Source: an uncultured Muribaculaceae bacterium (GTDB taxonomy: Bacteria; Bacillota_I; Bacilli_A; RF39; UBA660). Taken from it: a stretch of 64,000 bases of DNA. The stretch covers positions 10,529 through 74,528 of the forward strand of contig CAYNHT010000003.1 of the NCBI GenBank assembly GCA_964397485.1, given 5' to 3'. Every line of letters begins with the position of its first letter. Position 1 is the first letter of the stretch. Shown one piece after another: positions 57,293-64,000 of the stretch. The notes beneath the pieces are model-generated. The model did not search any database, had not been told where the DNA came from, and worked only from the letters and a program-made list of their open reading frames with translations. A program made the position numbers and the translations under genes.

Positions 57293-58444
57293 TTATTTAA
57301 TAAAAGCAGAATTGACAATTTTTATTTTTGACTTAACTTCAATATCGACATCTTTAATAATATTCTTCCAGTTGCCACTAATATCTTCCCATAATTTTGG
57401 ATTTTTTTTATAAATAATTTTACCAAAACCTAAGATATCAGTATTGTAATCCTCGATTATTTTTTTTATAATTTTGGTTACTTCTTTATCCAATTTTTTT
57501 TGTGCTTCTTTTTGTAAATCTTGGATATCATCATCTTTGAAACTGCTTGTTTGGCTACTATCTTCCCCCAAATAACAATCAAGCTCGATACTAATATTAA
57601 ATTTAAAAGAACTATCCACTTCTTTAAATGTTGCTTTTGTTTTTGACTTTACTAGCTCTAGTGAAATATTATCTTTATCATCTTTAGTAGTATCTAGAGT
57701 TAAAATACCACCTTGTACATTATTAGTAGCAAAAAGGAAATATTTTGTTTCATCACTATCTAGATAACCAATCAATTTATCTGCATAAAACACGGCAACA
57801 CCGTCCACTTCTACTGTTTCAATGTCATGATTTTCAACACTTTTAAAAGCTGGAATAGCTAGTTCTTCTTTTTGTGAAGTTAAGATATTAAATATTTTAT
57901 ATAATTCAATGTTAATTGTAGAGGCTGTAACTTTATTGTCTCTACTAACCGATTCGCGGATCTCATAAGATGTAATGGGGTCGCCTATACCTTTAAGGGA
58001 AATTAAATCTTTTGCTGTTGCTTCCTTTGATATAACGATATTCAAGTCTTCTCTTGGTTCGGCATCTCTAATAAGCCAGTTTACTATACCTAATATACCT
58101 TCTTCTTTAGCAATCTGTTCACTTATTATAACAATTTGAGCATTGCCGAAATAGAGTTTATTAGTAATTCTTTTTTTTGCGTTTCTGATGGCATCAAAGA
58201 TAGTAGTACCTTCAGATTCAACTATAGTAGTTTTCACTCCTTCTTCTTTATTAGAAGTGACTAAATCAATGATTTCAAAGGACAAGTGATATCGATTATT
58301 ATCATTATTTTTATCAATTGCAATACCAGCTACTATTGTTATTTCATCTAATCCAATATAATTCCAGCATCCACTAACTAGTAATGAATGTAACAGTATT
58401 ATTAAAATTAAAATTTTTTTTCTAATCATTGTTGTTATCCCCAC
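57293..58444 (-). CDS. Spore germination protein, GerAC-type lipoprotein subunit
   Basis: Lipobox (LLVSGC) and the ~380-aa GerAC architecture. Overlaps the A subunit stop. Confidence 0.7.
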   Translation of the reverse strand: MGITTMIRKKILILIILLHSLLVSGCWNYIGLDEITIVAGIAIDKNNDNNRYHLSFEIIDLVTSNKEEGVKTTIVESEGTTIFDAIRNAKKRITNKLYFGNAQIVIISEQIAKEEGILGIVNWLIRDAEPREDLNIVISKEATAKDLISLKGIGDPITSYEIRESVSRDNKVTASTINIELYKIFNILTSQKEELAIPAFKSVENHDIETVEVDGVAVFYADKLIGYLDSDETKYFLFATNNVQGGILTLDTTKDDKDNISLELVKSKTKATFKEVDSSFKFNISIELDCYLGEDSSQTSSFKDDDIQDLQKEAQKKLDKEVTKIIKKIIEDYNTDILGFGKIIYKKNPKLWEDISGNWKNIIKDVDIEVKSKIKIVNSAFIK

Positions 58445-59966
58445 TGTTCATTCGCTTGCGGTTATTTGTTACTAATTTTGGTCTTAATATCATGTCCCAC
58501 CAAGGGGCTCTAATTGCTTTGTCTTTGATATTTTGATATGAAACATCACCTGATGCCATTATTTGAGGTATACCAAATGAACGAAGATTAACTAAATGAA
58601 TAATTAAAACTGCTATTCCTAAAACAAGTCCGTAAAAACCTAGGAAGCTTGCTAGGATTAAAAAGGCAATTCGTAAAAAAATAACCGGTGTATTTACTTT
58701 AGGAATCAAAAGACTTGTAATACCAGTACTAGCAACCACAATAATCATAGGTGCCGCAACTAGCTTTGCCTCAACAGCAGCTTGACCAATAACAAGGGCT
58801 CCAACAATACTAAGGGCTTGACCAATATTGGAAGGCATTCTAACTCCAGTTTCTTTTAATATATCAAACATTATTAATAACACAAAGGCTTCCACAGCAG
58901 CTGGTAAGGGAACGCTTTGCCGTTCCATAGCTATATTTATAAATAAAGAAGTAGGTAGCATTTCGTGATGAAAAGCAACTATTGCTATATAAAATGCTGG
59001 AATAAATACGGTAAGTACAAATCCAAGGAAACGCAAAAATCTAGAAAAAGTTGCATAATAATGGCTTAGATAATAATCCTCACTATTTTGAAAATTTTCA
59101 ATAAAAAGATAAGGTAATGTAATAACAACTGGTGTACCATCTACAACAACAGCAATTCTTCCTTCTAATAATTTACCAACAATTGTATCCGGTCTTTCTG
59201 ACCCTCCAGTGGTTCTGAACATAGAAAAAGGAGCATCTTTTATTAATTCAACAATATAGTTAGAATCTAAAACACCATCTATATCGATTTTGTCGAGTCT
59301 GCGATATAACTCGGTTAACACTTTTTTATTAACAATGCTATCGATATAACAAACACACGCCTGAGTATTGCTTTTCTTACCAAAATTTACGTATTTCATC
59401 TTTAATTCATTGGTCCTAAGTTTTCTGCGAATTAAGGATAAGTTAATTAAAAGAGACTCAGAAAATCCTTCTCTTGGACCACTAAGTATTTTTTCACTGC
59501 TTGGTTCTTCTATTCCTCTAGTTTGAAATCCCTTTGTATTTAAACTAAGCGCTCTATTAGAATTTTCTATAAATAAAACGGTATTTCCATAAGTGATCTC
59601 TTCAATGATTTCTTTTATAGTACTTATTTTCTTTATGTCATTAATTAGAATAACTTGGTTAATTAAAGAATCTAATATAGTTTTTTGTGATATATTTACA
59701 TTAGATAGCATAAGTGGTTTAATTATATTTTCATTAATAATAAGTGGATCTACCATTCCATCACAGTATACAATGCAGTATTTAAAATTATCATCAAAAT
59801 TATTAACAATGCTTCTAGTTATTAGTGTGTCATCATTTTCAAATAGCTTTTTAATGGCTATAGTATTTGTTTCAATTGAATCAGACAAGTTATGACTTTC
59901 TAAAGTCTCATTAAGTTTCTTTACTTTTGTTTCGACAATTGATTCTTTTGATTTAAAAATAGACAT
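58422..59966 (-). CDS. Spore germination protein, GerAA-type subunit
   Basis: GerA-family conserved blocks (SERPDTIVGKLLEGRIA, C-terminal TM bundle). The start is chosen at the ATG after a Shine-Dalgarno sequence (GGAGGTGG) at 59966; the ORF-track start at 60032 lacks one. Confidence 0.8.
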   Translation of the reverse strand: MSIFKSKESIVETKVKKLNETLESHNLSDSIETNTIAIKKLFENDDTLITRSIVNNFDDNFKYCIVYCDGMVDPLIINENIIKPLMLSNVNISQKTILDSLINQVILINDIKKISTIKEIIEEITYGNTVLFIENSNRALSLNTKGFQTRGIEEPSSEKILSGPREGFSESLLINLSLIRRKLRTNELKMKYVNFGKKSNTQACVCYIDSIVNKKVLTELYRRLDKIDIDGVLDSNYIVELIKDAPFSMFRTTGGSERPDTIVGKLLEGRIAVVVDGTPVVITLPYLFIENFQNSEDYYLSHYYATFSRFLRFLGFVLTVFIPAFYIAIVAFHHEMLPTSLFINIAMERQSVPLPAAVEAFVLLIMFDILKETGVRMPSNIGQALSIVGALVIGQAAVEAKLVAAPMIIVVASTGITSLLIPKVNTPVIFLRIAFLILASFLGFYGLVLGIAVLIIHLVNLRSFGIPQIMASGDVSYQNIKDKAIRAPWWDMILRPKLVTNNRKRMNSGDNNND

Positions 59967-60104
59967 ATTAAACCACCTCCATTTAAAATGGTAATTTCTA
60001 CTAGTATTTGTTTTTCTATATAAAATATACATATATCTATATTTTTGATTGATATAATTAAATGACTCTAAAATAATAATCAGAAAATAATTTGGAATAA
60101 TTTA

Positions 60105-60133
60105 TCATATATTATTTTTTATATACATATATT
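60105..60133 (+). promoter_or_regulatory. Candidate sigma-E-type promoter for spoIVA (tcATATa-14 bp-CATATATT)
   Basis: Close to the sigma-E consensus kmATATT-14-CATACAnT. Lies 30 bp upstream of the spoIVA ATG. spoIVA is sigma-E-dependent in Bacillus. Confidence 0.3.
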
Positions 60134-60162
60134 TAAGTGAATTAGATGAAAGTAGGGATTAT

Positions 60163-61638
60163 ATGGAAAAAATAGACATTATTAAAAGTATAACTGAGCG
60201 AACTGGTGGCGATATTTATCTTGGAGTAGTAGGGGCAGTAAGAACAGGTAAATCAACTTTTATAAAAAAGATAATTGAGAACTTGGTTGTCCCTAATATT
60301 GCCGATGAATATGAGAAAAAAAGGGCACTAGATGAAATTCCACAAAGTGCGCAAGGTAAAATGATTATGACAACGGAACCAAAATTCGTTCCAAGTAGTG
60401 CAGCTAAAATTAACATTGATGATTTTAGTGCAAATGTTAGACTCGTAGATTGTGTTGGTTTTGTTATACCGGGTGCTAAAGGTTATGAAGATGAAAATGG
60501 ACCTAGAATGGTAAAGACACCATGGTATGATGAAGAAATACCTTTTATAGAAGCAGCAGAAATAGGAACTGAAAAAGTAATAAAAGATCATTCTACAATC
60601 GGTATAGTTGTTACGACTGATGGTTCAATTGGGGAAATAGGACGTAATGATTATATAGAAGCAGAAGTAAGGGTTGTTAATGAATTAAAAGAAATAGGAA
60701 AACCATTCATTGTTCTTCTTAATTCAACACACCCAATGTTACCAGAAACTGAACGTTTATCTGAAAAAATGCATGATGAGTATGGGGTTCCAGTTATGCC
60801 AATTAGTATCGAAAATATGAGTGAAAGAGATATTTACTCTATATTAAGAGAAGCTTTATATGAATTTCCAGTCAATGAAGTTAATGTTAACATGCCAGAA
60901 TGGATAGCATGTCTATCACCAAATAACTGGCTAAAAAAAGTATACATTGAAAAAATCAGAGAAAGTGTTGTTGAAGTTGATAAACTAAGAGATGTTGAGT
61001 GTATAACAAGTCCGTTCACTGATTGTGAATATATTAGTAGGGCTTACTTATCTGATGTTGATACATCAACAGGTAATGTTACAATAACCTTAGAAGCACC
61101 AAATGAATTATATAATCAAGTGTTAAAAGATATTATAGGTATTAATGTAACAAGTAGGGCCGATTTATTAACTTTATTCCAAGATTATAATGAAGCTAAA
61201 ATGGAATACGATCAGATTAAAGTTGCATTAAAAATGGTTAAACAAACAGGATATGGCGTTGCTTCACCTGGATTAATAGATATGAAACTAGAAACACCAG
61301 AAATTATTAAACAAGGTAGCCGTTATGGAATAAAACTTAAAGCAGTAGCACCTTCAATTCACATGATTAGGGTAGATGTTGAATCAACATTTGAGCCAAT
61401 CATTGGTTCAGAAATTCAAAGTAAGGAATTAATTAATTATCTGATGAAAGATTATGATGATTCTCCTGATAATATATGGAAAAGTGAAATATTTGGACGT
61501 AGCTTAGATGTAATTGTAAAAGAAGGTATTCAAGCTAAATTATCATTGATGCCAGAAAATGCTAGATTTAAGTTGCAACAGACATTGTCTAAGTTAGTTA
61601 ATAAAGGTTCAGGTAATCTATTTGCTATTGTATTATAA
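60163..61638 (+). CDS. spoIVA: Stage IV sporulation protein A (coat morphogenetic ATPase)
   Basis: Walker A 'GAVRTGKST' near the N-terminus, conserved SpoIVA blocks, 491 aa. Confidence 0.9.
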   Translation: MEKIDIIKSITERTGGDIYLGVVGAVRTGKSTFIKKIIENLVVPNIADEYEKKRALDEIPQSAQGKMIMTTEPKFVPSSAAKINIDDFSANVRLVDCVGFVIPGAKGYEDENGPRMVKTPWYDEEIPFIEAAEIGTEKVIKDHSTIGIVVTTDGSIGEIGRNDYIEAEVRVVNELKEIGKPFIVLLNSTHPMLPETERLSEKMHDEYGVPVMPISIENMSERDIYSILREALYEFPVNEVNVNMPEWIACLSPNNWLKKVYIEKIRESVVEVDKLRDVECITSPFTDCEYISRAYLSDVDTSTGNVTITLEAPNELYNQVLKDIIGINVTSRADLLTLFQDYNEAKMEYDQIKVALKMVKQTGYGVASPGLIDMKLETPEIIKQGSRYGIKLKAVAPSIHMIRVDVESTFEPIIGSEIQSKELINYLMKDYDDSPDNIWKSEIFGRSLDVIVKEGIQAKLSLMPENARFKLQQTLSKLVNKGSGNLFAIVL

Positions 61639-61661
61639 AGATGATTACTCATCTTTTTTTC
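61638..61661 (+). terminator. Terminator (AAGATGA-ttac-TCATCTT + T7)
   Basis: 7-bp stem followed by a T-run, overlapping the spoIVA stop. Confidence 0.6.
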
Positions 61662-61826
61662 TCCCAAATAATCATTTTGCCTTGAAATAAAAGGGAAAAC
61701 ATGGTATTTTACCCTTGTTTTTACCAAATATTACAAAAAATGTAGAAAATATATTGATTTTATTTATAAAAAGTGTTATTCTTTAATTGTAAGCAAAGTA
61801 GCTTATAAAAATAGGGAGGTAAAAGA

Positions 61827-62099
61827 ATGACAAAAACAGATTTAGTAAATTTTATGGCTGAAGAAACTGGATTAACAAAAGCTGATGCATCTCGTGCTTT
61901 AGAAGCTATGATGAACGGAGTTATTAGTGGATTAAAAAGTGAAGGTAAGGTAACTTTAACTGGGTTCTGTACTTTTACAGCTAAAAAGAAAGAAGCTAAA
62001 GAAGGACGTAATCCTAGAACTGGTGAAACAGTTAAAATCCCAGCTAGAGTTGCAGCAACTATTAAAGCTGGATCTAAATTAAAAGATGCTTTAAACTAA
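61827..62099 (+). CDS. hup: DNA-binding protein HU
   Basis: 90 aa. 'GFGxF' arm (GFCTFTAKKKEAKEGRNPRTGE) and 'IPA...V..F..G..LK'. Confidence 0.9.
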   Translation: MTKTDLVNFMAEETGLTKADASRALEAMMNGVISGLKSEGKVTLTGFCTFTAKKKEAKEGRNPRTGETVKIPARVAATIKAGSKLKDALN

Positions 62100-62125
62100 A
62101 AGGCTTTGTTGCCTTTTTTTAATGA
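62100..62125 (+). terminator. Terminator (AAAGGC-tttgtt-GCCTTT + T6)
   Basis: 6-bp stem followed by a T-run, after the hup stop. Confidence 0.55.
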
Positions 62126-62138
62126 CTAGAGGTGATTT

Positions 62139-63233
62139 ATGTTTAATACTGCACTTAAGGTATTAAAAAAAATTGAGGATAAAGGATATCAGGCCTATAT
62201 TGTTGGAGGATATGTAAGAGATCTTTATTTAAATAAAGAAAGTATAGATGTTGATATATGTACTAATGCCACTCCAAAAGAACTGAAGGAGATATTTACT
62301 AAAGTAATGTTACCTAATGTTCAATATGGCTCTATAACGGTTATTTTCAATAAAATAAGATTTGAGATAACTACATATAGAAAAGAAATTAAGTATGAAA
62401 ATAATAGGCTTCCAGTTGAAATAAAGTATATTAATGATCTATCTTCAGATATAAAAAGAAGAGATTTTACTATAAACACATTATGTATGGATAGTAGTGG
62501 TAATATACTTGATTTATTAAATGGTCGCAAAGATCTAGATAATAATATTATCAAAACAGTTGGAAATCCTAAACACAAATTAAAAGAAGATTCACTAAGA
62601 ATATTAAGAGCAATCCGTTTTGCAACTATCCTTAATTTTGAATTAGAACGAGACTTGAAAAAATATATAAAGAAATATGGATATTTGTTAAAAAAATTGT
62701 CATATCAACGCAAGAAAGAAGAACTTGAAAAAATATTTTCATCACCTAATGTTAGGTATGGTCTTAGTCTTATTAAAGAATTAGGACTAGATAAGCACCT
62801 AGAAATATCAAATATTGATTCAGTAGTTGTAACAAGTTCAATTATTGGTATATGGGCACAATTAGATGTTTTGGATATTTATCAGTTTAATAACAATGAA
62901 AAAGAAATAATTACAAAGATTAATGAATTATACGATAAGGATATTTTAGATTATTCTAATTTATATAATTATGGATTATATATCACAACAATAGTAGGTG
63001 AAGTTAAGAAAATTGATCGTAAAATAATTACTAAAAAATATAATGAATTATATATTAATAGTCGAAAAGATATAGATATTAATTGTAATGATATTTGTAG
63101 AATTCTAAATAAAAAACCAGGCCCATTTTTAAAAGTTATTTTCAAAGACTTAGAAAATAAACTAGTTGAAAAAAAGATAGAAAATGAGAAAAGATTATTG
63201 AGTAAATATATTTTAGAAAATTATAATAATTAG
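62139..63233 (+). CDS. cca: CCA-adding tRNA nucleotidyltransferase
   Basis: Pol-beta head 'GGYVRDLYL...DVDI' and an 'RRDFTIN' motif. ~365 aa, the Firmicute short form. Confidence 0.8.
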   Translation: MFNTALKVLKKIEDKGYQAYIVGGYVRDLYLNKESIDVDICTNATPKELKEIFTKVMLPNVQYGSITVIFNKIRFEITTYRKEIKYENNRLPVEIKYINDLSSDIKRRDFTINTLCMDSSGNILDLLNGRKDLDNNIIKTVGNPKHKLKEDSLRILRAIRFATILNFELERDLKKYIKKYGYLLKKLSYQRKKEELEKIFSSPNVRYGLSLIKELGLDKHLEISNIDSVVVTSSIIGIWAQLDVLDIYQFNNNEKEIITKINELYDKDILDYSNLYNYGLYITTIVGEVKKIDRKIITKKYNELYINSRKDIDINCNDICRILNKKPGPFLKVIFKDLENKLVEKKIENEKRLLSKYILENYNN

Positions 63234-63271
63234 ATTTATATAACATACCTTATAATAGGGTGTGTTTTTAA

Positions 63272-63928
63272 ATGAAAAAAGTGTTGTTTATTTTTTTCTT
63301 AGTCATTATTTATATTGTAATAATTACAGAAAAATTAGAACCATCATTTGTTGAAAAGATTGATTTAAACTTAAAAGAAAATGAAGTTGGAATTACCTTT
63401 ATATCTCTAACTGACAGCAAATCATTATTAATTAATAGAGGTAATAGAAAAATATTAGTTATTCTTGAATATTTAAATAGTCATAAAATTAATAATGCTT
63501 TGAAATTGTTTGGAGCCGAAAGCTTAGATTACATAGTAATGAATAATAACTATAGTGTAGATATTACAGCTAAAAATAATATAATCATTGGCAATAAAGA
63601 AATAGAATTATATGATATTGATTTTTCAATCAAAAACGATGTATTAAAAATTGAGTATCAAGATCATGACTTATGTATTTATCAAAAAGAGAATCCTCGC
63701 AAGCTTACTGAAAATTGTCATTATATTTATTTTTTGAAGGTGGATAAAAATCTTAATATAAACGATAGTGTGAATATGATTTTTTATGATGAAGATACAA
63801 ATCCAGACTATCTAGAAAGTATATTTGATAAGTGGATTGATATATATATGATAAAAAAGAATTACTACGTTACACTTAAATTGGATGAAGATACGTATGA
63901 TACCATTACATTACCTATATATAAATAG
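63272..63928 (+). CDS. Hypothetical protein with N-terminal TM/signal (218 aa)
   Basis: ORF with N-terminal hydrophobic segment LFIFFLVIIYIVIITE. Confidence 0.35.
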   Translation: MKKVLFIFFLVIIYIVIITEKLEPSFVEKIDLNLKENEVGITFISLTDSKSLLINRGNRKILVILEYLNSHKINNALKLFGAESLDYIVMNNNYSVDITAKNNIIIGNKEIELYDIDFSIKNDVLKIEYQDHDLCIYQKENPRKLTENCHYIYFLKVDKNLNINDSVNMIFYDEDTNPDYLESIFDKWIDIYMIKKNYYVTLKLDEDTYDTITLPIYK

Positions 63929-64000
63929 GAATATACAAATAAAGCAAAATAATGTATAATATTTATAGGTGATAATTATGATGGAAAAAGTTATAAATTT

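Noticed and set aside
1-64000. Possible mollicute-type genetic code (UGA=Trp), given the AFA tmRNA tag and low GC
   Set aside because: Many ORFs of 500-1000 codons are uninterrupted under the standard code. The single in-frame stop found is TAA, not TGA.
1-64000. CRISPR arrays or other short regularly spaced repeats
   Set aside because: Intergenic regions are short (mostly under 200 bp) and show no periodic direct repeats. The only repeats are intragenic protein repeats.

Overview
The window is a 64 kb chromosomal segment from a low-GC, spore-forming Firmicute. It carries spoIVA and a gerA-type germinant receptor operon. It uses the standard genetic code: long ORFs are uninterrupted, and the only in-frame stops seen are TAA/TAG, not TGA. 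The tmRNA tag ends in -LAFA, a mollicute-like ending; Erysipelotrichia/Clostridia lineage is a guess from this together with the low GC and spore genes. Conserved housekeeping genes flank the region: scpA, scpB and tRNA-Leu(CAA) on the left, and rnr, smpB and ssrA on the right. Further right are a copper-export cluster, a two-component system, engB and der, a gerAA/AC/AB operon, spoIVA, hup and cca. The left edge holds two tandem paralogous genes encoding type-IV-prepilin-fused repeat proteins; the second is broken by an in-frame TAA. The most striking content is an accessory island of about 25.5 kb (about 8.2-33.7 kb), inserted directly after the stand-alone tRNA-Leu and ending before a rhodanese/DedA/RmuC block. 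It joins two modules. The first is a Tad/Flp-like pilus module: a giant Cys-rich secreted protein, a CpaB-like protein, a CpaF/TadA ATPase, TadB- and TadC-like platform proteins, an Flp-like pilin and two TadE-like pseudopilins with C-terminal Cys pairs, and a degenerate TadZ. The second is a Gram-positive-type conjugative T4SS module: a VirB2-like pilin plus a VirB2-fused surface protein, VirB6, VirB3, a split VirB4, an M23+CHAP cell-wall hydrolase, two paralogous lipoproteins, and a VirD4 coupling protein. No relaxase, integrase, peptidase or attachment direct repeats are visible. I interpret this as a relaxase-less Tad-pilus/T4SS hybrid apparatus.
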